This document shows, piece after piece, positions 1-13,781 of a stretch of DNA of 64,000 nt; positions within the stretch are counted from its first letter, which is position 1, and the number at the start of each line of letters is the position of its first letter. The DNA lies in contig NC_042998.1 in assembly GCF_006345805.1 (NCBI RefSeq), positions 138,322,001 through 138,386,000 of the forward strand, in the 5' to 3' direction. The DNA comes from Octopus sinensis (Eukaryota). The notes below the pieces were generated by a model, which saw nothing but the letters and a program-made list of their open reading frames with translations, did no database searches and was not told the origin of the DNA. A program made the translations under genes and the position numbers.

Positions 1-190
1 AGCAATTTTTGAGGGAAAGGGGTCCAGTCGATTACATCGAGCCCAGTACTCGACTGCTAATTTATTTTATAGACCCAGAATAGATTAAATGGAAAGTTGA
101 CCTCAGCTAGATTTGAACTCAGAACGTAAAGAGTCGGAAGAAATACTGCGAAGCATTTTGTCAGACTTGCAAACAATTCTGCCAACTCAC
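1..190 (-). mobile_element. tRNA-derived SINE, family A, diverged copy
   Basis: Reverse complement matches the repeat seen at 26271 and 44903 (GAGCTGGCAGAA head, GAGTTCAAAT B-box, GGTCGA..AGTACCAG body). Confidence 0.8.
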
Positions 191-296
191 TACACGAGAA
201 AGTAAAATACGCTGCTCGATATCATTTGCATCTTATGATCGAACACACATACACGCTGGCACGCACAAGCACACGCACAGAGAGAGAGAGAAAGAA

Positions 297-340
<44 letters not shown>

Positions 341-1289
341 AGAGAGAGAGAGAGAGAGCATATAACACAAGTATTTTGAAAGAAAGAGGATAGGAGTAGG
401 AGGAATAGAAGCGTAGGGAGAGAAGGAGCTTGATCTTGGTGAAAACAGAAGCATCGTTCTCAATATCAATTTTAGTAAACACATATCTCTTTATCACTAA
501 ATAGTGGAAGGGGCTGAAAGACAATCCGATATGGAGGTAATTGGAAGTTCCGGGTAATGAGAATTAATAGGCGGCCTTTGTATATGGCTAGCGGTGTTGA
601 AGATGAGGTTAAACCCACGAGAAATCGAGTCAGAGATCCGTATTCGATTAAAGATTGTAGTCTTTAGAAAAAAAGGAAAATAGTAATAATAATGATAATA
701 AAGAATGAGAGATGGAAAGAAAGAAATGAAAGTAAATTGTATTAAAATTAATGGTTTCTTCTACTGGTATACAGCTTCGAATTTATTGGCGGAAGCCTAT
801 CATTCAAAATTTAACTGGTAGTTATTTTATCACTGGATCGATCCCAGAAATATGAATGGCTATATTTGCGTTCGTACCTTGTCAGAGCAAGTAAATACAC
901 TAAAGTATTTATTCCGATTATATAACGATTTTGCCACTACTTTTATGGAAAAAAAGAATGAAATAGCAAGAATATACAATAATAAAAACCAATCGTTTAG
1001 TCGATTAGGCTAACCAAAGATATATACAGACTACAATGAAAAGGAAATAATTTCATGCAAATATTAAGCATTAATTTCATAGATTCAAATAGCAGTCTGT
1101 ATGCCATTTGGAATGTGTTTCCAAACACAGATCGACATTAGCTGTATATGTTATAGTTGGTACCGCTTCATGTTTGTATACGCATTAACATGTTATACAT
1201 ACCTGTATTTTGATTTAAGTTTGCTTATTATACTGATATAATTTTATTCTATTTGCCAATTTCTATACTGAATCAAGCATTTTCGGAAT

Positions 1290-1342
1290 GGATCACAATG
1301 CCTGAGGAGATCAGATCAAGTCGAAACACTGTTTGGTGATTC
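1290..1342 (+). ncRNA. Degenerate type I hammerhead ribozyme motif
   Basis: CTGAGGA (1302-1308), weak stem II GAT/GTC, GAAAC-ACT-GTT; flanks ATCAC/GTGAT pair out of register. Confidence 0.4.
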
Positions 1343-1678
1343 ACCGGCTTTCTAAGCAAAACAATGTTTATAACACTCAAATTTCTTTCAGTAATTTCTC
1401 TAAAAATAAAAAAGAAAAGTTACATCTTGTGCCATTTCATGTTTGCATATACAATATATACGTTGGAGTTTTCATCAGAAAAATAAAATAACGAAAAAAG
1501 AAGTGGCGGGAAAATAAAAAGAACGAGAGAAGTTGTGGAAAAGAAAAGATGGTAAGGGGCCAGGAGAGAATGCGGTTGTACGGAAGAATTGGGAAGTGAA
1601 GAGAAGGAATCGAGTTGCATTGTGCCTTTATAGGAGATTATCACACACACACACACAACACACACACATATATATATA

Positions 1679-1728
<50 letters not shown>

Positions 1729-1736
1729 TATATATA

Positions 1737-1894
1737 TATACATAGAAGTAAATATATGGCGCAACGAAGTACCGATATTTACTGGAAAATAGCGAATGTA
1801 ATAATACGACGCTAATGTATAGCTTCACCGCGTATGTACTATTTTCCAGTAAATATCGCTACTTCGTTGTGCCATATATTTACTTCTATGTATA
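1737..1894. repeat. Fold-back inverted repeat, ~55-bp arms, next to (TA)n
   Basis: TATACATAGAAGTAAATATATGGCGCAACGAAGTACCGATATTTACTGGAAAATAG is the reverse complement of 1839-1894 with 2 mismatches. Confidence 0.9.
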
Positions 1895-1948
1895 ATTTTC
1901 CCTCACAGGCTATTCTTTACTGGAAAGCAATACTCTCGTATTGCATTG

Positions 1949-1990
<42 letters not shown>

Positions 1991-1997
1991 TATATAT

Positions 1998-2053
<56 letters not shown>

Positions 2054-2059
2054 TATAAT

Positions 2060-2297
2060 GTAACCAAACGTGAACGGTTGGTATTTTCCTTTTTCCTTCT
2101 TTTCTGGAATTTTCCCCTTTCTCCTTTCCGACGAAGAGACATGTTTGAAACGTTAAAACCTCTCTTTTTTACCGAATATCAAACTAATATAATTCTTGTG
2201 CACGTCCTTACATTCGTTTTTTTTTTTCACTTTTCGTTTTTTTCTCTCTTCGTTTTTTATTCGTTTTGTTAAATTGTTTGTTCGTTGAATTGACTAT
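2060..2297 (+). mobile_element. Penelope-type terminal-repeat fragment with decayed minimal HHR (2125-2157), between (TA)n tracts
   Basis: TTT-CCGACGA-A-GAG..TTT-GAAACGTT-AAA, similar to 41500-41700, 50060-50235 and 63830-64000. Confidence 0.55.
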
Positions 2298-2319
2298 GTA
2301 TATATATATATATATATTA

Positions 2320-2351
<32 letters not shown>

Positions 2352-2359
2352 GATAAACT

Positions 2360-4060
2360 AAGCTTAGTATTATTATGAAGCAAGTTTAAGACAGCGGCTT
2401 TTTCAGTGCCTTTTACTGAACAGACGTGTTTTTCTGCTGCTCTCATTTAATTGTAGGTTTTCCCTTTTGGGATTACCGTTGTTTTTGAACTGTTGTACAA
2501 CTTTTTCTGTGTTTTGTGTCCTTTAGATACATTGCCTACTTTAGCAAATTCGTTTTTTGTGCAAATTTTCCCTGTTCAGGGGCGAATTGTTTTCCTTTGT
2601 GGAAAATGTTTTACACCATCAGAACAACATTGAAGTTGAAGTTACCCAATAAAAAAATATAAAAGCTTATTGCAGAGGGAAGGAGCGAATATGAAGCTGA
2701 CTCCCCCAGAAGAAGTGATGTACAACACAAAACACAAAACAATAGTTTACAGAACGCTGTCTCTGACAATAAAAAGGATAGAGATGGCCTCTGAGGACGC
2801 CATCGAAAGTGCCTACTACAAATTTGGCGCGACATAAAATATGTAAATAGAGGAAGGCGATTCGGCACAGTAAAGATGAGATTCGCTTCCAAAGAGGAGG
2901 CATAGGAACACTCTACGTCTCCCTTAAAGCCGGCAGATCTGGTGTTACTGCCGACTTGCCTTGGAAGGCAAACACCGCAAATAAATATAGGGGAGGTCCC
3001 ACCAGAAATCGATGCTGTGTGGATGGTAGCAGCCGTACTGCTGAACCTGGAGGATAGAGCCACTATCCCTCAGGCCACCTGGTTACACCAATAGAACTGA
3101 TGGGAACAAGATCTGGAGCTAATAATCCAGGCCACCCAGAAGGACTTGGAAGAAATACCAGAGCAAATAATACTTCCGGACGAGACCACACTAAGAGTCG
3201 TGGTGAAGGGAAGAAGTCCAAGGTGCTTTAAGTGTAGGCAAAAGGGCCACTTAAAAACCACGTGCCCACAGGCCCTACAGCCAGAAGCACCCCTCCGCTT
3301 AGCAACCCACCACAGTCTGACGACCCAAAGGAAAGCAAGGGGGAGCCAGCCAGCACCGTGACGCAACAACCCATCAACCCACCACAAACTGACGACCCGA
3401 AGAAAGACAGAATGAAGTCGACCAACACCACGATAAAACAGCCTACATCAAAGGTGCCACAGAAGGAAGCGGAGAACCCCAAGAGGGACACCCCAAAGGA
3501 ACCAGCACCAACCTTGTTCGAGGAAAGCGACAACGGATGAATAATGGTCAAAAAGAGACGAAAATGGAAGGTACCCCCTCGCACCCATAAAGAGAGCACC
3601 AAAGACAACCAAAAACTCGCATCCACAATACACACACAAGCCACAAACATCCTATTCATTTTCCCCCCAAAAGCCACATATAATCCATTCACACAAAACA
3701 TATCACTGCCAGCAACACCGGGGCAAAATAAACCACCCTAGCTAAACATACATACAGAAATTCACGTGTTTCCCCATAATTATCCCCCTGCATTCGAACG
3801 CCAGTGAAATCAAAAGACAATGCAATGTTTCTTTTTTTTTTTCAATTGTTACGTTATTTGATCATATGATGTTTCAACCCATTTTGTCTGGCCTGTACTG
3901 TGAATGAAGAGTGCATGCCTTGCTACATGTGTAAGTGAGATGATTGAATGTGAGTACCAGTGATCCTGAAAGAAGATCAAAAGACAATGCGGCATTCCTT
4001 TTTCATCATATCAGAGTAATTCACTGTAAACATTATTAAGTTTATCCCCCCACCAAAAAA
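2360..4060 (+). mobile_element. L1/Tx1-like non-LTR element retaining a disrupted ORF1 (gag-like, CCHC zinc knuckle); no ORF2 seen
   Basis: The frame across ~2690-3270 reads ...INIGEVPPEIDAVW...LRVVVKGRSPRCFKCRQKGHLKTTCP, with stops and frameshifts, followed by a low-complexity P/K/T tail. No endonuclease or RT motifs follow. Confidence 0.7.
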
Positions 4061-4071
4061 CAAAGTTTAAG

Positions 4072-4305
4072 ATAGTGAGCTGGCAGAATAGTTAGCATCT
4101 CGAACACACTGCGTAGCGGTATTTCTTCTAGCTTTTTACGTTTTGGGTTCAAGTCCGACCGAGGTCAGCGTTTCCTTTCATTCCTTCAGAGTCGTAAAAA
4201 TAAAGTACAAATCGAAATAAAGTACAAGCTAAATACTGTAGTTGATGTAAACTTAACCACTCCCTTCAAAATTGCTGGCCTTGTGCCGAAATTATAAAGA
4301 ATTAT
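4072..4305 (+). mobile_element. SINE family A copy
   Basis: GTGAGCTGGCAGAA head, GGTTCAAGTCC B-box, GGCCTTGTGCC tail. Confidence 0.8.
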
Positions 4306-4999
4306 TATGAAACAGGCTGAAGAATATAAAGGAACGGTTACTGTTGGGAGACTCAATTGTTAGAGTCAAATTATGGTAAATTTCGTGGTGACACAGTTTA
4401 GCCGAACGGTTAAGAAGTTTAGTCCGTAACAACGTATTCTTTGGTTCAATTACTCTACTTATCAGTGACAAAACATCGAGAACATAACATATCTATTTAT
4501 TAATATTATGATTCGTGACAAAGTAGCATTCATTTTGTTCTACTGAACTCATCCATTGAGTTCAGTGCATTGAGGTATACGGCTAATATATGTGTGTGTA
4601 TAAAGCAACACATATACATATCTTATTTACATATATGTGTGTGCGCATATGGGGAAAAGTAAGGAGAACAGATATATTGATAAAATGATCGGTATATGTA
4701 TGTGTATTTTCATGAAACCGTTTATGTACATTTGAATCACGACAGAATATATCGTCTTCATTTAGTGTGCCAAGAGTAATTATCCTTGATTACGGTCAGT
4801 AAATCTCATGGTTTAACTGCTAATTGAGCTTACATAGCAGACTCGATTCTGTTACAATTTACACCACGCACATGCACATGCACACACGCGCACGCACGCA
4901 CGCATATACATACATACGCTCATACATACACATGTACACACGCATGTACCCAAAATACACGCACGCATATACATAAAAACCTGTATGTATATATATATG

Positions 5000-5058
<59 letters not shown>

Positions 5059-6116
5059 CCTTTCTCTTTCTCACTTTCTCGCTCTTTGTACACACGTATG
5101 TGTAATGTCAGTTAGTTGGCAGAATCATATGACCCTTGGATAAATTCCCTTCGGTATTTTACCAGCCATTCTCATTGTAAGTTCGCATCCTTCCGAGTTC
5201 AAATGTACCTTATATATATATATATATTACTCAAGTCGATAAATAAATTACAATCCTAATGCGTATCGCTCTGTCTGTCTCTCTTTCTCTCTTTCTCTCT
5301 CACTCTCTGAACATATACATATATATATAGTATGGTGGAAGTCAACTCGTGATCGCGTAAGACAGCTTACTTCTTCGACTCAGCAAGTCCGTGCGCATGT
5401 TTGAATAGACCAAGAAGTTCCTGTGTGTCAATTTGTTTTGAGTGGGTAAAGTGTTGCACGACACTGAACCCACTTTTCAGTGCAATCTGCTATAAAACCA
5501 GCTACACAACAGAGGTTGAGACGATCAGAGATCAACTGCACTTATATTCTTTTATACGAGCTTACTTTCTTCTAGAAGGAAGTTCTAACGAGAAGTGGGG
5601 TTGTCCTTCACTAGGAGTGTTGAATCTGTTACGTCTTGGATGTTCCATTGTCTCAAGGATGTGATTCTCAAGATGTACCCGCTCTCGACGTATGCTACGC
5701 CTAAAATGCATCAGCGAATGGTATATGATTCATACTGATTACAAGTTATATTTGATCGCTGGTTATACATGCAATATAGCTATGTATTTTCTGGACCCTA
5801 TTCTTATTCACAACAATGAATTTTGTGATTGCACTGTATATTTAAAAATCATCAGTTATCCAAATATATCTTACAACAATCCTTTGCACATTTATTACCG
5901 AAGCTTTTATTACAATGTTGAATGTTATTTCACTGAAGGTCGGTGTATTTTTAAGCTTATAATTATGATCTAATGGAGTAAGGTACCTTAAACAATTTTT
6001 AATGTTATTTCCCAAATATAACAAATAAGCTAATTTTATATAAAAATTCTATTCTAAAAACCGTATAAGAATTTTATCGTTCTTTGTTTTTTGTTAGTTT
6101 AAATATGTATATATAT

Positions 6117-6173
<57 letters not shown>

Positions 6174-7031
6174 TATATATTAATGTTTTGTTTTGTTATT
6201 TTTCTCATTGTTTTATTAGAGAATTTGCAAATTATTTTGTTTCCCTCACGCCGTAGAGAACTTAATGTTCGCTGCACATATATCATTGTAACACGGAAAA
6301 TGGCGCCAGAATGATGGCGTCTATTATAGTTGGACCAGATTATCCTGTGGGGAGTTGAAATCAAAAACACGCAATAAACTGTACACGGCTTCAATGATAG
6401 ATGAAGTCACATGCAAACGTATTGTGCTCAGTAATGTCAGACAGTCCATGAATCAAGAGAAAACGCCAGGTAGCTTCGTAATCAACATTGACTTTGGTAG
6501 GTGTAGCAGAGCAGCGCAGCACTAATGAACTTCGAAAGAGAGAGGTCAGTAGATTTCTCAAGTGATGGATGGTCTAACGACTTGGCGAACACAACTCATC
6601 CTTTTTCATTCTTCCTATGTGCATTTTTTTCTTTGTCTTTTAACGTTTTTCGCTAGTTATTTATTTATTTTCGTTGTATTGCATTTTCTCTCTCTTTTTC
6701 TCAGTAGGAAGAGCTGAAGAAGCCATTAAGAAAGATATTAAACACCAGAAATATACATATCAAAAGCATATACATACATATACTCGCATATATATAAATA
6801 TATAGAAATCTATATTATATATGCATATATATATATATACACATATATATGTATACATACATACACACACACACACACACGCACTCACATATATTTGACT
6901 TCTACATCTATATACTTTTATATATTATTGTATGTTTGTTGTACATAAATATATCAAAATGTGTGTGTATCCGTATATGGATATGTGTGCCTATGTATGT
7001 GTATATATGTGTGGACGCGTATGAAGGAGTA

Positions 7032-7113
<82 letters not shown>

Positions 7114-7379
7114 CGGTTGTGGTGTGTGTGCATGTCCATATGTGTGTGTGAGAGAGAGAGAGAAAGGGACACTTTGAAAAAGTTATATCTTGTATTGCAC
7201 ATTGTTTCATCTTTACTAATCAAAATTTTTAACGTGTCAGCCATCCTCATTCGTCTAAGAATGTCGGAAAATTTTCGATAATAACAACTCTTATCTACTC
7301 TTCACAATACAAAACAACGACAACCATGCAGTGTGTAAGTTAGAAGAGCTCAAACTTTCAAGCAATGTCAGTAACAAAC

Positions 7380-7980
7380 GTATTCTTGATTTTGTTCAAC
7401 TTACTCTGTGTTTGTAAAGTAATATTGATGTGATTTTAGTAGAAACAAGATGGTTGCTTACTTAATAACACTGAATCATTTTCATATAATAGATGAGTCA
7501 TTGAACAGAGTGTGAAATTGTTTGTTGGATATTGAAAATTGGAACAAATAAAAGTAATAAATATAAAACAATAAAGGCTTTGTAGTGTGTTATTCGTTGA
7601 AGCTAAGTTTTTAATCATTGACTCGGTGTGAAGTTTACAAAGATTTCTATCTCTACAGATACTTAAGCTGCGATAAAACTTAGATAAAACATTGCATGGT
7701 GCTAGACGTAGTTGGTCTTACTGTTTAGTTTATAAATACATTATTTGTTTTTTTCCTCTGAAGAAGAGGTGGAGTCATAAAACTCAAATACCACGAACTG
7801 GAAATTTTCCGCCATCTTTGTCGACCCATCTGTTGTTAGTTTTCTTCTGTCGAATTTTTCAAGGTCGGTGTTACGGAGATATTCATCAATGAAGGGTAAT
7901 AACTGTTGATTTATAGATGAATGAAATCAAATAATTTGAAGATAAATTGCAAGATCTTGATATCACTGTGAGAGTGAAGG
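7380..7980 (-). pseudogene. Highly degraded Penelope-like C-terminal remnant
   Basis: Minus-strand peptides LLPFIDEYLRNTDLEKFDRRK and YPTNNFTLCSMTHLLYENDSVLLSK loosely resemble PLE C-terminal regions. Confidence 0.3.
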
Positions 7981-8360
7981 TTGTTATTCTAATTTGAGAG
8001 AGGCTCCTTTGGATTCGTTGCCCGACACGAAAAAAAGGTCGAGTTACTGACTTCCTCTACACTATTTGCTGGTCCTAGAATTGGGAATCTAGTCCATGAT
8101 AGTATTTCAAATTTTGAGGCGGAAGCTGGCAGGATTGTTACAGCGCCAGACAAAATTCCGCCATGATCAACTTTGTGTTTCATCACTTTCAGTGTCAATA
8201 AAATAAGCACCAGTTGAGCATTGGGGTCGATGTAATTGACTTACTTCCACCCCTGAACTTGCTGCCCTTGAGCCAATATTTGAAAATATTATTATTATTG
8301 AAGGTAGCTCGCAAGTAAAATCGTTAGCACCCCAGGCAAAAAAAACTGCTGCTGCTGCTG

Positions 8361-8430
<70 letters not shown>

Positions 8431-8889
8431 CACTGCTGTTGCTGCTGATAGCTTAGTCTATGTCTTGTGAGAAGGAGCACCTCTCTTTCGGTGCCATTAA
8501 AATAAAGTACCATTACTGAGATTCAAATAATAAATTAACCCCTCCCCTTAAAAAAACTGTTAACCCTGTACCTAAATCAGTAAACATTACTATTAAAGCA
8601 GTGATTAGTAGAAGAACTCATAAAATGCGCTGGGAAAAAAAAACATCTTGCAGTATTTAGTTATGTTTCTGCCGAGGTCGATATCGCCTTTGATCCTTCT
8701 AGGATTTATTTAAAAAAGAAAAGTGCCTTTCAAGTACTGTGGTCAATTCAATCGACCCTGTCCTTCTCTAAAATTTGTGTCCATGTGTCTTTGTTAGAAA
8801 ACTATTATCATCATTGTTAAGAAAACACAATAGTAATTATTATCATAAACACCATTCAGAACCCTCTACACTTCCTCTTCATCATCAGA

Positions 8890-8958
<69 letters not shown>

Positions 8959-9460
8959 CATCACCTGGACCAAGTCTTCTGTTTTAGTATGAACTTGTCC
9001 GGCGTGGCTACTTACCTTCGACCATTATGACATATTTCTATAATTATTCAGTCATGCATAAAACATCAGAACAGTGCATCTTCTCATGCAGAAAATGGTT
9101 TATTGCTAATCAAACATCACACCTATTTGTCAAACACCTAATATTCCTCACTTTACTTACATTTTACTTTCTCTCTTACTTCCTTCCTTCCGTAATTTCT
9201 TCTTTGCTTTCATTCTGCCCTTCACTCATTCTTTCCTTCATGCTTTTTACCCCATTGATCTTACTTCAGGCTCTTTCAAGCAATAACAACGATCGATTTG
9301 ACACTCAAACTTTCTTTAACATTGATATTTACATACTTACGTACATACACACATGCATACATACATACATACATACATACATACATAAATACATACATAC
9401 ATACATACCTACATACATACGCACACACATATATACATATAAATATTACATATATATATG

Positions 9461-9527
<67 letters not shown>

Positions 9528-9664
9528 TATTATATATATATATATAAATAGATGAGTGTATTTTACCTTGTTAACAATTAACACGGATAAATGAATGAAT
9601 AGTTACCAGGGCAGCAAAATCTCACAAGTAAAGATGTATATGTATGAATGTATGTATGTATATG

Positions 9665-9872
9665 TAAAAAAATACAAACTGGGACAAGAACGCAAAACAT
9701 TTAGAAGACGATGAACCGGTCATCCTCGCAATTTCGGCTGATTAATCTTGAGATTGCTCCGATCTGGCCAGCCCCAAAGGAAAATTTAAGCCAAGCGCAT
9801 TAGATTCCTTGGAAGAAAGCCTCGAATGTATACAAAACAAGGACGGAAAAACGGGCGATATTACCCAAATAT
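9665..9872 (-). mobile_element. Short interspersed repeat fragment, probably Penelope-derived, in microsatellite
   Basis: Non-microsatellite cassette between (TATG)n and (TA)n; resembles octopus PLE terminal repeats from recall only. Confidence 0.35.
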
Positions 9873-9873
9873 A

Positions 9874-9918
<45 letters not shown>

Positions 9919-10344
9919 TATATATATATATATATCGTTGCTATTACGCAAAAGTCTCGTAAATCCAAAACGTTGCTTTTCCAGAAAACGAAAAAATCTC
10001 TTTTTACATCAGCTACAGTTTCAGCTTAATAATAATACTTTGTTGGGTGCATAAAATCGTAACTCCAAGCATGTATGATATTGTCAGTCAGAAATAGTTT
10101 TACAAAACTGTCGTATGTGAGTCTTTCTACACTTTTCAAAAATGCAAAACCGGTGTACTGCACTTTGACAATTTTCCTTTGAAGCAGCTGGAGATACGAT
10201 AGTTTCACCAAAATAACCTGCTATTGCAAGCAAAATTAAATATTGAAAAAAAAACGCATTTGATCATATTTGGACATACGGGAGTAAACATAATAGTAAT
10301 GATATATATATATATAATATATATATATATATATTATATATATA

Positions 10345-10449
<105 letters not shown>

Positions 10450-10568
10450 GGAGATAGAGAGAGATAGAGATAGATAGATACATACAAACATACATACATA
10501 CATACATACATACTACATACATACATATGAGTGTTGAGAAAGAAGTTTAAGTGTATATATATATTTAT

Positions 10569-10644
<76 letters not shown>

Positions 10645-10666
10645 ACTGGGGCCTCTAGAAGGACGA

Positions 10667-10734
<68 letters not shown>

Positions 10735-10748
10735 ATACATATATATAT

Positions 10749-12550
10749 AGAATAACTTAGAATAACTTAGAAAGGTCATGTCTAACTTAATAGCACCACC
10801 TGGCGAAGTCTTTCAGTTCAGGATTTGGGCACCAATGCCCATTCGAGCAGAGAGTTATTGTTTGCGGAGACATATCCGGGTGTGGTGTTTGTCCGGTACT
10901 GTTTGAAGGAATTTGTCCAAAGACTTCTTGATTTTGTTGTGGTCAGTTTCTTTTTTGACGTGCCCTGGTGTAATGTTGAAGAGAGCAGGTCCAATTGAGG
11001 TGAAATAGTTGTGCCGTATTGTCGTTATGTGATGCGATTTAGATTTTTGTTGTGGACGGATGGCACGTGTCCTAGCCTTGGATGCATTTTGAAGGTGATG
11101 CCAACATCATTCGGACAGTGCTGGTGGAATATTTTCCACATCATACAGATGATGTAGCGTTCACGGCGTCGTTGGAGTGAATACAATTTCAGCTTCTCTA
11201 GTCTACCCCAGTAGTCAAGGTCTGACATGCCATCTATCTTTTTTGTGATTGACCTTTGGGGAGCTTCAATTCTCATAATATTTTGTTTGTGTAGGGAGAC
11301 CACAGTGGACAGCAGTATTCAGGTGGGGGTCGGGCAAAAGTGGAGAAGAGAAGGATAATAGCGTGGGAATCTCTCGACTGGAAGGTTCTGAGAATCCAGG
11401 AACACATTCTGCGGGCCATGTCAACTTTGCTGCTTATATGTGTAGCCCAGCTTATGTTGTTGTCCACTGTTACTACTCCCCGGTCTCTGATGTTGTTGGA
11501 TGCCATGAGAATTTCTCCAGAAGGAAGAGAGTATGGGAGTTTCAGAATGTCCTCTCTTCCAAAGTGGATCAGTTCAAATTTGTCTTCATTTAGCAACATG
11601 TTATTCTTTTCCGCCCATTGGACAACAGCCAGTAGGTCTGACTGAAGGTTTATTCGGTCATCCACGCCATTGATGACCTTCTGGAGCTTGGAATCATCAG
11701 CGAAGGTTCTGATGTTACTGTGTTTGATGGTGTCAGTAATATCATTTATGTAGATGATGAAGAGAAGTGGGCCTAACACAGTGCCTTGTGGGACACCACT
11801 GCTGACTTTGGCTGGGCTGGATTTGACTCCTTCGACTACAACATGTTGGGTTCTGTTAGACAGGAAGCACTTGATCCCTGCAGCAGCTTTCAGTGACACC
11901 AATATTGGACAGCTTTCTCGAAGGATCTTATGATCAACCCTGTCAAAGGCCTTGCTGAAATCAAGGTAGATGACATCAGTGTTGGAACCTTCTCCCAAGG
12001 CTCTCAAAATGTCATCAAAATGATGCAGTAAGCTGCGTCAGGCAATCTCTCCCATTACGGAATCCATGCTGGTTGGGGTTCAGCATATTATGACTCTCAA
12101 GGAAGTGAGTCATACGCGATCTCAGTACCCTCTCAAATACCTTGATGATATGAGAGGTGAGTGAGATTGGACGGTAATTCACAGCAAGCGATTTGTTTCC
12201 TTTCTGAAAACTGGACAACAGACTGGGATAAGGTCTTCTGGTATATATCCAGCATCCAGTGAGTTCCGCCACAGATTGGCTAGAGGGGGTGCAAGTTGGT
12301 TTGACACATCTTCAAGACACAAGCAGGGAACCTATCGGGACCTACTGCTGAATTATGCTTCATTTCCTTTATTGCTGCTAAGACATCAGGAGCGCCAAAT
12401 GTTATGTCCGATAAAGTGTATTGGGGAGTAACATCACTGATACAGCCCAGATCAGTCATATCAGGATTGCTGAAAACAGAGCAATATTGTTTCTGCAATA
12501 TCTCTCCCATGGTTTTGGCATTGTCTTGAAGAGTACCATTTTCATCAATC
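10749..12550 (-). mobile_element. 5'-truncated CR1-group LINE (RT domain, frameshifted) with tandem 3' tail
   Basis: NYRPISLTS, YLDFSKAFDRV, GVPQGTVLGPLLF, FADD and LYSLQRRRER motifs; the 3' end is (TTCTAAGTTA)x2 on minus at ~10749-10772; the 5' end abuts (TAGA)n. Confidence 0.92.
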
Positions 12551-12553
12551 TAT

Positions 12554-12688
<135 letters not shown>

Positions 12689-12870
12689 TAGATAGATATG
12701 TATACATAAATATATACATACATATGTGTGTGTATATATATATACTTATATACATAAGTATAGATATAAATATGTGTATATATGTATATATATTTTTTTA
12801 GTCAGAAATATTTTTGCAAAACTGTCGAATGTGGGACTTACTACACTTTTGAAAAATGCTAAACAATTTT

Positions 12871-13005
12871 CATTTGAAGCAGCTGAGATACGATAGTTTT
12901 TTACCAAAAGAACCGGCATTTATATATATATATATATATATATATCATATATATATAAATGCCGGTTCTTTTGGTAAAACTATCGTATCTCAGCTGCTTC
13001 AAATG
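12871..13005. repeat. Inverted repeat, ~50-bp arms, with (TA)n loop
   Basis: 12871-12921 is the reverse complement of 12957-13005 apart from a 2-nt homopolymer indel; a related sequence lies at ~10087-10220. Confidence 0.9.
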
Positions 13006-13388
13006 TGGTTAGGGCAGCGGACTCGCGGTCGTAGGATCGCGGTTTCGATTCCCAGACCGGGCGTTGTGAGTGTTTATTGAGCGAAAACACCTAAAGCTCC
13101 ACGAGGCTCCGGCAGGGATGGTGGTGATCCCTGCTGTACTCTTTCACTACTGTGGTGATCCCTGCTGTACTCTTTCTCTCATTCTTATTTCCTGTTTCTG
13201 TTGTACCTGTATTTCAAAGGGCCGGCCTTGTCACTCTCTGTCTCACGCTGAATATCCCCGAGAACTACGTTAAGGGTACACGTGTCTGTGGAGTGCTCAG
13301 CCACTTACACGTTAATTTCACGAGCAGGCTGTTCCGTTGATTCGGATCAACCGGAACCCTCGTCGTCGTAACCGACGGAGTGCTTCCA
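13005..13388 (+). mobile_element. tRNA-derived SINE, family C
   Basis: GTGGTTAGGGCAG..GGTTTCGATTCCC A/B-box-like head; internal duplication of GTGGTGATCCCTGCTGTACTCTTTC; ends at (TA)n. Confidence 0.75.
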
Positions 13389-13449
13389 TATATATATATA
13401 AGACTTTGTAAGTTACAGAGGGGAAGCTACTATTGAAGGCTCATAGTAT

Positions 13450-13504
<55 letters not shown>

Positions 13505-13666
13505 TAATAATAATAATTGTAATAATAATAATAATAATGGCTGGGGTTAGCTCATCATTTTTCAGTCATTTGTTTGTATTTAAAAATTGTCGCTTGAAAT
13601 CCGAGAATAAAATATTATTATGATATATTATTATACAGTTATATATATATATATATATATATATAG

Positions 13667-13697
<31 letters not shown>

Positions 13698-13709
13698 ATA
13701 TATATATAG

Positions 13710-13781
<72 letters not shown>

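Noticed and set aside
7753-7795. CTGAAGA-A-GAG..CTC-AAAT hammerhead-like motif
   Set aside because: It lacks G12 and stems I and III.
13005-13075. tRNA gene
   Set aside because: The A/B boxes belong to a SINE head; no complete cloverleaf. The same applies to the other SINE heads.
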